From contig JBBQAM010000001.1 in assembly GCA_038316335.1 (NCBI GenBank), positions 82,247 to 146,246 of the forward strand: a DNA stretch of 64,000 nucleotides. The letters run 5' to 3'. Made by a program: the position numbers and the translations under genes. This document shows, piece after piece, positions 1 to 10,663 of this stretch. The notes below the pieces were generated by a model that was not told the DNA's origin, ran no database searches, and was given only the letters and a program-made list of their open reading frames with translations. This DNA comes from Flavobacteriales bacterium (GTDB taxonomy: Bacteria > Bacteroidota > Bacteroidia > Flavobacteriales > Flavobacteriaceae). The first letter of the stretch is position 1. Every line of letters begins with the position of its first letter.

Positions 1-792
1 GCCCTTACTAAATTTAGTAACGGAAAAGGCACCATGGTCGACGTAGTTCGCATTGATATTGGCATTAATGAAAGTCAAACGAACATCGAGGTGTTGAAAG
101 ACAGGGAAGTTCCGCTACAAGTTGCTTTCAACCGACTTTTGAATAGGAATTCAGATGAATTCATTTTGATTCCGGATAGTTTGCCTATCACCAAACAACG
201 TTTACAGATTGCCAATGATAGTTTTTTTGAAACAAATCCGAAAATTATACGGTTGGAGAAGCAAAAAGCATCGTATGCGGCACAACAAATAGTAGCAAGA
301 AAAGAAGGATATCCCATGATCGGCCTAGGGGTCGATTATTCGATTATTAGCGAACGTGACGTTCCCAACCTTGATATGAATGGGCAAGATGCCATAATGC
401 CTATGCTTTCATTGACCCTTCCTATTTATCGAAAAAAATACAAGGCTGCCCAAAATGAAGCTGAATTAATGGCGGAAGCGGTCGACTATGAAAAAGAAGG
501 CGTGAAAAATAATTTGTATTCTCAGTATTCTTTGGCTGGGTATGACTATAAAAAGGCGGAACAACTAATCAAATTATATCAGAAGCAAACCGAAAGCACG
601 AACCAGGCAATTAAATTATTGTTGGCCGGGTTAAGCAACGACACGGCCGATTTTGAGGAAATACTCAGCATGAACCAAAATTTGCTGCGGTATCAAACGG
701 AAACGATTTCGCAAACGAAAAATGAATTTGTGGCGCAATCAAAAATCGAATATTTACTTTCTAAATCCGATTACGATGAACGAGAAAACTAA
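1..792 (+). CDS. Outer-membrane efflux protein, TolC/CusC family (3' portion; true start upstream of window)
   Basis: Frame 1 is open from nt 1 through the ATG at 34 to TAA at 790-792. The translation is the helical Q/L/A-rich C-terminal half typical of TolC-like outer-membrane factors. It overlaps the start of a CusB-like adaptor gene by 17 nt. Confidence 0.7.
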   Translation, partial: ALTKFSNGKGTMVDVVRIDIGINESQTNIEVLKDREVPLQVAFNRLLNRNSDEFILIPDSLPITKQRLQIANDSFFETNPKIIRLEKQKASYAAQQIVARKEGYPMIGLGVDYSIISERDVPNLDMNGQDAIMPMLSLTLPIYRKKYKAAQNEAELMAEAVDYEKEGVKNNLYSQYSLAGYDYKKAEQLIKLYQKQTESTNQAIKLLLAGLSNDTADFEEILSMNQNLLRYQTETISQTKNEFVAQSKIEYLLSKSDYDEREN

Positions 793-2557
793 GAAAATAC
801 TAAAATCAGCGGGGATACTTTTCGTCGGACTCCTATTAGGTTGGGCGCTTTTTGGTGGGAACAAAGAAGTTATCGCAGACCATGATCATGCTACCGAAGT
901 ATTGGAGAACACAATTTGGACCTGTTCGATGCATCCACAGATCAGAAGTTCGGAACCTGGGAAATGTCCTATATGTGGGATGGAATTGATTCCTTTGGAA
1001 ACCGAGGATTCAGATGTGGCGCCCAATGCCATTCAAATGACAGAAAATGCTATGAAATTGGCGAATATCCAGACCATGCCGGTGGGGACAAAAGAAGCCA
1101 AAAAGGAACTTCGTCTCAATGGCAAGGTCCAGGTCGACGAACGAAAAACGTACCAGCAACCTACACATATTCCGGGTCGAATAGAACAATTGAACATTAA
1201 TTTTACCGGGGAGAAAATAAATCGGGGACAACTTTTGGCCATGATCTATTCTCCAGATCTGGTGACGGCACAGGAAGAGCTTCTGCAAGCCAATTCCATA
1301 AAAAATGAGCAACCCGACTTATTTATCGCAGCCAAGCAAAAATTGTCGAATTGGAAAATTGGCGATGCCACCATCAATAAAATACTTGTTTCGGGAACTG
1401 TAATTCAGCGATTTCCGATAACGGCAGACGTTTCTGGTATTGTATTGAGCAAAAAGGTCGAGGTAGGAGACTATGTAGAACGAGGAATGCCCTTATATGA
1501 AATTGCCGATCTTTCATCTGTATGGGTGCTTTTTGATATTTACGAGACCGATATACCTTGGGTGAAAATCGGAGATCGGGTTACCTATACCGTGCAATCG
1601 ATTCCAGGTGAAAACTTTGAAGGTAAAATACAATTTATAGACCCAATAATTAATCCTGAAACGAGAGTAGCTTCTGCACGCGTGGAAGTAAAGAACCCCA
1701 ATAACAGGTTAAAACCCGAAATGTTTGTAACGGGAATTCTCTTGAGTGATTTGAGCACTTCTGTCTCAGAAGAAATCGCGGTGCCGAAATCGGCCGTAAT
1801 GTGGACCGGGGAGCGGTCTATTGTCTATGTCCAGGAAGCTATTGGGAATAAGGTGAATTTTAGCATGCGTGAAGTGGTACTCGGGCCTTCATTAGGCGAA
1901 GCGTATATCATCAAATCAGGACTTGAAAACGGGGAAGAAATTGTCGTAAATGGTACCTTTACAATTGATGCTGCCTCCCAATTGGCCGGGAAACCAAGCA
2001 TGATGAATCCGAATGCAGGTAGTGAGCTAGCAGAGGTTGGTCATCAAGGTATAACAACACCTGCTTCAATGCAGCCTACAAAGAAGGCATTCTCAGACAT
2101 AGTGCCTATAAGCGGTGAAGCCAAGGATGTCCTCAAGCCCTTATTTACCTCCTATTTTGCAATACAAGATGCGCTCTCGAAAGATCAAAAAGAGGCTGCA
2201 GCCAATGCTGCTTCGAATTTTCTTAAGGATGTGGAAGGTGTCGATATGACTTTCTTTAAAGGGAAATCGCATGCCATATGGATGGATTTAAGTGTTTCGC
2301 TAAAAAATTCCCTGCAGCAACTAGGACATTCAAAAAACATTGCGGAAGTCCGCAAGGCATTTCAACTGCTTTCAAATGCAATGATCAGTTTGGAAAACGC
2401 TTTTCGTCCCTATGGAAAAACTACGTATGTTATACATTGCCCCATGGCCGATGGTAATAAAGGAGCGGATTGGCTAAGTACCTCAAAGGAAATTAGAAAT
2501 CCGTATTTCGGACCTTCGATGTTAAGTTGCGGGGAAGTAATAAAAGTAATAGAATAA
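776..2557 (+). CDS. Heavy-metal efflux RND periplasmic adaptor (CusB-like) with N-terminal Cys-rich metal-binding motif and C-terminal DUF3347-like extension
   Basis: ORF 722-2557. ATG at 776 (MNEKTKKILKSAGILFVGLLLGWALF, signal anchor) is preferred because 722-775 lies inside the upstream gene. Contains CSMHPQIRSSEPGKCPICGMEL, a CusB/HlyD-like core (LRLNGKVQVDERK...IYSPDLVTAQEELLQA), and a ~145-aa tail paralogous to the next gene (ends HCPMADGNKGADWLSTSKEIRNPYFGPSMLSCG). Confidence 0.85.
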   Translation: MNEKTKKILKSAGILFVGLLLGWALFGGNKEVIADHDHATEVLENTIWTCSMHPQIRSSEPGKCPICGMELIPLETEDSDVAPNAIQMTENAMKLANIQTMPVGTKEAKKELRLNGKVQVDERKTYQQPTHIPGRIEQLNINFTGEKINRGQLLAMIYSPDLVTAQEELLQANSIKNEQPDLFIAAKQKLSNWKIGDATINKILVSGTVIQRFPITADVSGIVLSKKVEVGDYVERGMPLYEIADLSSVWVLFDIYETDIPWVKIGDRVTYTVQSIPGENFEGKIQFIDPIINPETRVASARVEVKNPNNRLKPEMFVTGILLSDLSTSVSEEIAVPKSAVMWTGERSIVYVQEAIGNKVNFSMREVVLGPSLGEAYIIKSGLENGEEIVVNGTFTIDAASQLAGKPSMMNPNAGSELAEVGHQGITTPASMQPTKKAFSDIVPISGEAKDVLKPLFTSYFAIQDALSKDQKEAAANAASNFLKDVEGVDMTFFKGKSHAIWMDLSVSLKNSLQQLGHSKNIAEVRKAFQLLSNAMISLENAFRPYGKTTYVIHCPMADGNKGADWLSTSKEIRNPYFGPSMLSCGEVIKVIE

Positions 2558-2625
2558 CCCCTTAAACCAATAGGGATAGTAAGAAATTTAAATATTAAAT
2601 GGAATTAATTAGAAAATTGACTACA

Positions 2626-3222
2626 ATGATGAAATCAAAAATTACAACTTGGATTTTTACAATGACCATTTTAAGTATGACTGCATTGTCATGCAAGGAA
2701 AACAAAAATAATAGCCCCGTAACAGAGGAACCTCAGGCAGGGACGCTTGATGCATCAATGGACACCGCTTTAGAACCGGCGATTGGCGACCAGCAATCAT
2801 CAACCGCAACAACCCCGATAGTGAAAGCATATTTGCAACTGAAGGAAGAATTGGTGGCCGATGACGCCAAGAGCGCTTCAGAAACAGGAGAAGCGCTGGT
2901 TATTGCCCTAAAACAAATGGATGCGGCTAGTTTTTCGACCCCACAAAAATCCGAACTACGCGATATAATCGAAAATGCGACGAAGCATGCCACGGCTATC
3001 TCAAAAGCTACACTAGACCTCCAAAGGGTTCATTTTAAACTTCTTAGTGCAGACATGATGGATATGGTAGCCATTACTGGGTCGCCGGTTACCTTATACG
3101 AACAGTTTTGCCCCATGTATGACAATGGCAGCGCCTGGCTGAGTGCCAACAAGGAAATCAAAAACCCTTACTACGGCAGCAAAATGTTGAATTGTGGGGT
3201 AGTAAAAGCAACGATTGAATAG
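2626..3222 (+). CDS. DUF3347-like periplasmic lipoprotein, putative metal-binding
   Basis: ORF 2599-3222. ATG at 2626 gives MMKSKITTWIFTMTILSMTALSC, a lipoprotein-type signal. The C-terminus FCPMYDNGSAWLSANKEIKNPYYGSKMLNCG repeats the tail of the preceding adaptor. Confidence 0.65.
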   Translation: MMKSKITTWIFTMTILSMTALSCKENKNNSPVTEEPQAGTLDASMDTALEPAIGDQQSSTATTPIVKAYLQLKEELVADDAKSASETGEALVIALKQMDAASFSTPQKSELRDIIENATKHATAISKATLDLQRVHFKLLSADMMDMVAITGSPVTLYEQFCPMYDNGSAWLSANKEIKNPYYGSKMLNCGVVKATIE

Positions 3223-3351
3223 CAAACTTCCTGCTTTATAAAAGCGTAATTTAGCTATTAAAAATGATATGCCGTTCGTGTCCTAAGTCCGCATTATCTG
3301 ATTCGGCCACCATTGTGCGTATCGATTTTTCCAAGATTAAAACACAAAATT

Positions 3352-5865
3352 ATGCAGATGAAACATGTTTATCATATTCATGGAATGACTTGCAACGGGT
3401 GTCGTTCGCATGTTGAAAGCGTGCTTAACGCCGTCAATGGTGTAAAAAAGGCGACGGTAGATTTGGAACGGAAAGAGGCTGCAATAGAAATGGAATCCCA
3501 TATTCCGCTGTCGGTTTTTCAGGACGCCCTAAAAAAAGATGGCGGTACTTATAGTATTCACATGCCCGATGAACCCCAAGACCATGTTGAAAAAACCAAA
3601 TCCCAGAAAAATACCGGATCAAATCGAAAAGGTACTTTTTATTGTCCGATGCGGTGCGAAGGAGATAAAACGTACGACCATATGGGTGATTGCCCGGTAT
3701 GTGGGATGGATTTGGTTGAAGAGGTTGACCTGAAGGCAGCGTCGGAGACCCTGTATACGTGTCCTATGCATCCTGAAATAATTGAGGACGCCCCTGGATC
3801 ATGCCCCATCTGTGGCATGGACCTGGTCCCCATGCAGGGTGATCGTTCCGCCGAAGAGCGAAAGTATAACAAGCTTTTAAAAAAGTTTTGGATTGCAGTG
3901 GCCTTTACACTGCCTATTTTTCTTTTGGCTATGGGCGAGATGTGGCATGGAAATCCCTTGTACAAAATGTTGTCAATGAAAAACTGGAATTGGGTACAAT
4001 TCGTTCTGTCCTTGCCGGTTGTCTTTTATGCTGCGTGGATGTTCTTCGAAAGAGCCTATCGTTCTATTATTACCTGGAATCTCAACATGTTTACCCTTAT
4101 TGGTATTGGGGCCGGAGTGGCCTGGACCTTTAGTGTTTTCGGAATGCTTTTCCCTGATTTCTTTCCGCAGGAATTTAAGTCTGAATCGGGTACCGTACAT
4201 GTGTATTTTGAAGCTGCCACCGTAATTCTGACTTTGGTGCTTATGGGCCAAGTTCTTGAAGCCCGGGCACATAGCAAGACCAATTCGGCCATAAAGGAAC
4301 TTTTGAGATTGGCGCCTAATAAGGCGATTCGGGTTATTGATGGCAATGAGGAAGTAATCACCATTGACGCCATTAAGGTGGGGGATCTCCTAAGGGTAAA
4401 ACCCGGGGATAAAATCCCGGTAGACGGAACGATCAGAGAAGGGGAAACGACCGTAGATGAATCTATGATCACTGGTGAACCAATTCCAGTGACCAAATCG
4501 GTATCTGACACTGTAAATAGTGGCACCATTAATGGAAATCAATCTTTTTTGATGACAGCGGAAAAGATAGGAAGCGATACGCTACTCTCGCAAATTATAC
4601 ATATGGTGAATGAAGCGAGTCGCAGTAGGGCACCGATTCAGAATCTTGCCGATAAGGTATCAGGTTATTTTGTGCCGGTAGTTGTTTTAATCGCGATTAT
4701 CACCTTCGTAATCTGGGCGCTTTGGGGTCCTGAACCGTCTTATGTATATGCGCTCGTAAATTCAATTGCGGTATTGATTATCGCTTGTCCCTGCGCCTTG
4801 GGTTTGGCAACCCCTATGAGCGTGATGGTCGGTGTTGGCAAGGGCGCCCAAAATGGCATCCTGATCAAAAGTGCATCGGCCTTGGAGAAAATGAATAAAG
4901 TACAGACCCTGATCATAGATAAAACAGGTACCATCACTGAAGGAAAACCAAAAGTTGAAAAAATCGGAGTCCTGAAGGATTCATTTACAGAACAACAAGT
5001 ATTACAATACATCATTTCGGTAAACCAATTTAGTGAGCATCCATTGGCGGAGGCAAGCGTTGCATATGGTAAGGAAATAGGGGTGTCATTAATGAAGGCC
5101 GAGGAATTTAAGTCGGTGACCGGGAAAGGAGTGGAGGCCATTGTAAATAAGAAAAAAGTATCCTTAGGAAATAGTAAGATGATGGAGTTAGCTAAAACGT
5201 CGGTGACGGCCGATTTGAAGCAAGAGGCTGAATCTTTTCAAAAGCAGGGAAAAACCGTTTCCTATTTGTCGATCGATGGTTTGGCAGCCGGGTATATGGT
5301 CATTGGGGATGCCATCAAAAAAACTAGTATGCAAGCCATTAAGGAATTGCAGGCTATGGGGATCGATGTGATCATGTTGACAGGGGATAATAAGGAAACG
5401 GCCGCAGCGGTTGCCGAGGAATTACAGCTTGCAGGGTATCGGGCGGGGATGCTCCCCGAGGACAAAATGAAGGAAGTTGAAAAATTACAAAAACAGGGCA
5501 AGGTAGTAGCAATGGCAGGTGATGGAATAAATGATGCCCCTGCCTTGGCAAAAAGCGATGTTGGAATCGCCATGGGTACGGGTACCGATGTGGCAATCGA
5601 GAGCGCGGGTATTACGTTGGTGAAAGGCGATTTACAAGGTATTGTACGTGCTCGTAATCTTAGTGAGAAAGTTATGGGGAACATAAAGCAAAACCTATTT
5701 TTTGCCTTAGTCTATAATACCATCGGGATCCCAATCGCTGCAGGAGTACTTTTTCCTTTCTTTGGAGTGTTGCTATCACCTATGATTGCGGCAGCGGCTA
5801 TGAGTTTCAGTTCGGTTTCGGTAATTGGAAATGCACTTCGCTTACGGACTGTGAAACTATCTTAA
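3352..5865 (+). CDS. copA: Copper-translocating P1B-type ATPase
   Basis: ORF 3313-5865 starts at TTG; the in-frame ATG at 3352 is preferred. Motifs: HMA domain GMTCNGC, two CP(M)...CPxCGMDL motifs, transmembrane CPC, DKTGT phosphorylation site, GDGINDAP hinge. Confidence 0.92.
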   Translation: MQMKHVYHIHGMTCNGCRSHVESVLNAVNGVKKATVDLERKEAAIEMESHIPLSVFQDALKKDGGTYSIHMPDEPQDHVEKTKSQKNTGSNRKGTFYCPMRCEGDKTYDHMGDCPVCGMDLVEEVDLKAASETLYTCPMHPEIIEDAPGSCPICGMDLVPMQGDRSAEERKYNKLLKKFWIAVAFTLPIFLLAMGEMWHGNPLYKMLSMKNWNWVQFVLSLPVVFYAAWMFFERAYRSIITWNLNMFTLIGIGAGVAWTFSVFGMLFPDFFPQEFKSESGTVHVYFEAATVILTLVLMGQVLEARAHSKTNSAIKELLRLAPNKAIRVIDGNEEVITIDAIKVGDLLRVKPGDKIPVDGTIREGETTVDESMITGEPIPVTKSVSDTVNSGTINGNQSFLMTAEKIGSDTLLSQIIHMVNEASRSRAPIQNLADKVSGYFVPVVVLIAIITFVIWALWGPEPSYVYALVNSIAVLIIACPCALGLATPMSVMVGVGKGAQNGILIKSASALEKMNKVQTLIIDKTGTITEGKPKVEKIGVLKDSFTEQQVLQYIISVNQFSEHPLAEASVAYGKEIGVSLMKAEEFKSVTGKGVEAIVNKKKVSLGNSKMMELAKTSVTADLKQEAESFQKQGKTVSYLSIDGLAAGYMVIGDAIKKTSMQAIKELQAMGIDVIMLTGDNKETAAAVAEELQLAGYRAGMLPEDKMKEVEKLQKQGKVVAMAGDGINDAPALAKSDVGIAMGTGTDVAIESAGITLVKGDLQGIVRARNLSEKVMGNIKQNLFFALVYNTIGIPIAAGVLFPFFGVLLSPMIAAAAMSFSSVSVIGNALRLRTVKLS

Positions 5866-6145
5866 AATCGATGTAGAACGGCGTGCAGCATTATAAATAG
5901 TGATGCCAAAACAAATCACTGTTCGCCGAGTTTCCCCGGGTGATTTTATTGAAGTTAGTTGTACACTAAAAAACACAAAACCGCGTTCTACTTCAAATAA
6001 CCGATGTGTTTTGCGTTGTGGGCCCATCGGTCGGGTATTAGAATGTGTATAAACTTGTTAGAAACTCTGTTTATAAATAATCCCGTAAAAATAAAAACAC
6101 AGGAAAAAAAAAGTAGTTTTAATTGAAATTTTAATCATTTCAATC

Positions 6146-6235
6146 ATGGCAACAGCAAAGAAAGCAGCTCCAAAAGCCGCCGCCAAAAAAGCCGCTCCAA
6201 AGGCAGCTAAAAAGGCACCAGCGAAGAAGAAGTAA
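6146..6235 (+). CDS. Small Lys/Ala/Pro-rich histone H1-like basic protein (29 aa)
   Basis: ATG 6146 to TAA 6233-6235 translates to MATAKKAAPKAAAKKAAPKAAKKAPAKKK. It is below the 60-aa cutoff of the ORF track. TAGTTTTA (6114-6121) resembles a -7 box upstream, and a strong hairpin plus T-run terminator follows. Confidence 0.6.
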   Translation: MATAKKAAPKAAAKKAAPKAAKKAPAKKK

Positions 6236-6282
6236 TTCTTATATCGGGCCTATAAGATAGGCCCTATGTATCGGAAAATCAG

Positions 6283-6312
6283 ACCACCCGCAATACGGGT
6301 GGTTTTTATTTT
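6283..6312 (+). terminator. Rho-independent terminator after the histone-like ORF
   Basis: Stem ACCACCCG (6283-6290) / CGGGTGGT (6296-6303), loop CAATA, followed by TTTTATTTT. Confidence 0.7.
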
Positions 6313-6440
6313 AGTAGATAGCTATAGATTACGTACTTCCCTCCTTATCATAAACAAGTTGCTTTAAAAAAAGGTGATTATGAAGCGCATTGCATGGCGT
6401 TATAAAGATTCCGATGGAATCAAACCTGTATTTTCCTAAT

Positions 6441-6477
6441 AAAAAACCGCCCAAGCAATTTCGCTTGGGCGGTTTTC
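6441..6477 (-). terminator. Rho-independent terminator of groEL
   Basis: Stem CCGCCCAAGC (6447-6456) / GCTTGGGCGG (6463-6472). It is flanked by an A-run on the plus strand, which is a T-run on the minus strand, about 55 nt past the groEL stop. Confidence 0.75.
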
Positions 6478-6529
6478 GTATTGTAGGCAAAAAGGTATTC
6501 ACCTCATGCCAATCTAGTATATTGTCTGA

Positions 6530-8167
<1,638 letters not shown>

Positions 8168-8265
8168 TCAATTCTATTTTTAAATGCTCCTGTTACTACA
8201 GGAATTTGATTAATTATTTTATATCTTTTCGAAGAATCCCATCTTAATGGGACTGACTTTACTAT

Positions 8266-8544
8266 TTATATAATAGCTAAAATGTCACTTTCGCGCATCA
8301 TCAGGTAATCAACACCGCCAAGTTTTAACTCGGTGCCAGCGTATTTACCATAAAGAACAGTTTCTCCTACTTTTACGGTTACTTTTTCATCTTTGGTTCC
8401 AGGACCTACGGCCACTACTTTTCCTTTTTGTGGTTTTTCCTTTGCCGTATCTGGAATATAAATTCCAGACGCTGTCTTGGTCTCGGCAGCCATAGGCTCT
8501 ATAAGAACTCTGTCTGCCAATGGTTTAATGCTTACTTTAGCCAT
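8266..8544 (-). CDS. groES: Co-chaperonin GroES
   Basis: 92 aa, [17 protein letters not shown]...GKVVAVGPG..., located immediately upstream of groEL. Confidence 0.97.
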   Translation of the reverse strand: MAKVSIKPLADRVLIEPMAAETKTASGIYIPDTAKEKPQKGKVVAVGPGTKDEKVTVKVGETVLYGKYAGTELKLGGVDYLMMRESDILAII

Positions 8545-8627
8545 ATTGTTGAATTTTAAATTGATTTATTTCTTGTCTGTGGTGACACAAATTGTGCCAC
8601 AGGTCAGAAACTGACATTTTGTTAAAA

Positions 8628-8664
8628 CAAAAATGCCAGCTTGTCATTTTTGCTGGCATTTTCT
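8628..8664 (-). terminator. Rho-independent terminator of secG
   Basis: Stem AATGCCAGC (8632-8640) / GCTGGCATT (8652-8660). The minus strand continues with TTTTTGTTTT. Confidence 0.7.
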
Positions 8665-8681
8665 ATTCTTTTGTACGTTAT

Positions 8682-9050
8682 TTAAAGGCTATCTGTCGGG
8701 CTGCCTTGATTGTTGGCAGGTGCAGGTGTTTCTGGAACTGTCTCAGGAACCGTTTCAGGAACCGTCGTCTCAATGTCATCACCTTGAAGTAATTTCGAAT
8801 CACTAGTGCCAAAATTACCTTTTAAGGCAATGTTCGATGTCAAAATAAGAACTACCAACAAGATGGCTAGTGTCCAGGTGCTTTTGTCTAAAAAGTCACC
8901 GGTTTTTTTCACACCACCGATTATTTGGGTCCCTCCACCACCGAAAGAAGAAGACAATCCGCCTCCTTTTGGGTTTTGTACCATAATAACCAATACCAAT
9001 AAGAAACAGACGATTATAATAAGAATCAAGAAAATGGAAAATGTGCTCAT
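8682..9050 (-). CDS. secG: Preprotein translocase subunit SecG with extended C-terminal tail
   Basis: The N-terminus MSTFSIFLILIIIVCFLLVLVIMVQNPKGGGLSSSFGGGG is the SecG signature. A second TM helix follows, then a Pro/Glu/Thr-rich tail. Confidence 0.85.
   Translation of the reverse strand: MSTFSIFLILIIIVCFLLVLVIMVQNPKGGGLSSSFGGGGTQIIGGVKKTGDFLDKSTWTLAILLVVLILTSNIALKGNFGTSDSKLLQGDDIETTVPETVPETVPETPAPANNQGSPTDSL
8727..8762 (-). repeat. 12-nt x3 tandem repeat encoding VPET-VPET-VPET in the SecG tail
   Basis: Plus strand reads TGTTTCTGGAAC TGTCTCAGGAAC CGTTTCAGGAAC. The three units are synonymous variants. Confidence 0.9.
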
Positions 9051-9988
9051 TGCCCTACTGAATTATCTTTTTGAATTTTCTCTACCGATTTAATTCGGTC
9101 TGCAAAGAAACCACTTTTTTCCGGATATTTCAAACTTAAAATTTTGTAAGCCTGAATCGCTTTTTTGTACTTTTTTTGCTCTAAATAAACTCTGGCCAAC
9201 GTCTCGGTCATCAACTCGTTTTTATCAAAAGTGAGCGATTCGTTAATATCGATTGCCCCGGTTGATTGGGCATCGGGATCTATCCTCGGATTTTCGCTTA
9301 AAAAACGGTCAATCCGTTCAAACTTCCTTCTTTTTAAAGCGTCGTGTTTGATCTGATCTTGAACAATGTCAGTCCTTCCGGCATGATTGGCTGATCGACT
9401 TTCCGGGGTTCTATCGATGGCCTTCATAGAAGCCAATTGGAGCCATTCCCCAAAGGAATACTTTTCGTTTTTTGTAAATCGTAGGGGTTCCCCGATGACA
9501 AGTTGATCTTCAGACACATTTTTGGTCTGGGATACGGTACCTGATGTCTTACTATTCTTTGATTCAAAAAGTCTTGGGTCTAAAATCTGATCGGCATCCC
9601 GCATCGATTGCGGCAAAGGGTTATCCTCGGATGCTTCTATCATTTTAGGAGGTTCATTGATTTTTTCCGGTGCGGCCTTAACACGTTTTTCCGTGCCGTC
9701 TGTCGTTGCTGAAGTAGCTTCCATGGGAGCGTCTATCGCATTCCTCAAAAATTCATCGGAGGTAATGAAATCGAATAATACCTCCCTGTCGGCAGTATAT
9801 GCAGCCGTCACTTTAAGTGCCTTGTTGTATTTGAAACTATTGCCGTTTTTAAGGCCCTTTAAATGTACGGCCCTTGCCGCCTGAAAATAGGGATATTCCT
9901 TGATAATATCCTCCAATTCATTGGTCTGCTCCGCACGAACGACTTCCTCGGGATGCCTAAGAAGATATGTAAATTCCTTTACGTTCAT
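9047..9988 (-). CDS. Hypothetical protein with C-terminal TPR-like helix pair
   Basis: 313-aa ORF overlapping the secG start by 4 nt. The C-terminus LARVYLEQKKYKKAIQAYKILSLKYPEKSGFFADRI looks like a TPR. No other recognisable motif. Confidence 0.55.
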   Translation of the reverse strand: MNVKEFTYLLRHPEEVVRAEQTNELEDIIKEYPYFQAARAVHLKGLKNGNSFKYNKALKVTAAYTADREVLFDFITSDEFLRNAIDAPMEATSATTDGTEKRVKAAPEKINEPPKMIEASEDNPLPQSMRDADQILDPRLFESKNSKTSGTVSQTKNVSEDQLVIGEPLRFTKNEKYSFGEWLQLASMKAIDRTPESRSANHAGRTDIVQDQIKHDALKRRKFERIDRFLSENPRIDPDAQSTGAIDINESLTFDKNELMTETLARVYLEQKKYKKAIQAYKILSLKYPEKSGFFADRIKSVEKIQKDNSVGQ

Positions 9989-10099
9989 AATAGTGCGTTA
10001 GCTGCAGCCTGTTTTTAGACCATCTAAATCATGTCGATTTTTTTGGTAGCGTGATAGTATGTATTTTTTTTGATCCGTATTCTTTTATACTGACTATAA

Positions 10100-10663
10100 C
10101 TACCAATCGGCCAAAGACATATTGAATATATCTTGGGTAATGCGTTCAAAGATAACCTGATGGGCTTCGTCCTTGACCGACGAAAGTTGTGTTGCCGCTG
10201 GGAAATCATAAAAGAAGGAAAACCGTTGGTCAAAGTCGGCATCTTCCTTGGTATTATTATAAAATCGCACTTTGACGGCAATCGTCAATCTATTTTGTGC
10301 CGCGGTCTGCTGGGCCGTCGCGCTCATGGGTGATATGCGATATTCGATAATTTCACCTTCATACACCAGATCTCCGCCTGAATTTACCAAGTCGAGACTA
10401 GACTGATTCAGGATTCGTTCTTGCAGGGCCTGGGTAAAATCACGGTCCATGCCTGGTTCAAAAGTAGACCCCGGACTTTGGGTGGCATAGTTTTGAAAGT
10501 AATCGACCCGGAAGGTTTTGGCGGTACCGACATTGCCCCCGGTAAAATTATAGGCACCACAACCGAACAGGGCGAGTGCGCTGATGAAAGAAAGAACAAT
10601 TCGTTTTATTTTTCTCAAAAGACCAATACTATTTTTTTTTCGCACACCAATATCAGAGGTCAA
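10100..10663 (-). CDS. lptE: LptE-like LPS-assembly lipoprotein
   Basis: Lipoprotein signal ISALALFGCG. Size and position (between the sigma-54 activator and secG) match the conserved Flavobacteriia arrangement. The family call is by context and weak similarity only. Confidence 0.55.
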   Translation of the reverse strand: MTSDIGVRKKNSIGLLRKIKRIVLSFISALALFGCGAYNFTGGNVGTAKTFRVDYFQNYATQSPGSTFEPGMDRDFTQALQERILNQSSLDLVNSGGDLVYEGEIIEYRISPMSATAQQTAAQNRLTIAVKVRFYNNTKEDADFDQRFSFFYDFPAATQLSSVKDEAHQVIFERITQDIFNMSLADW

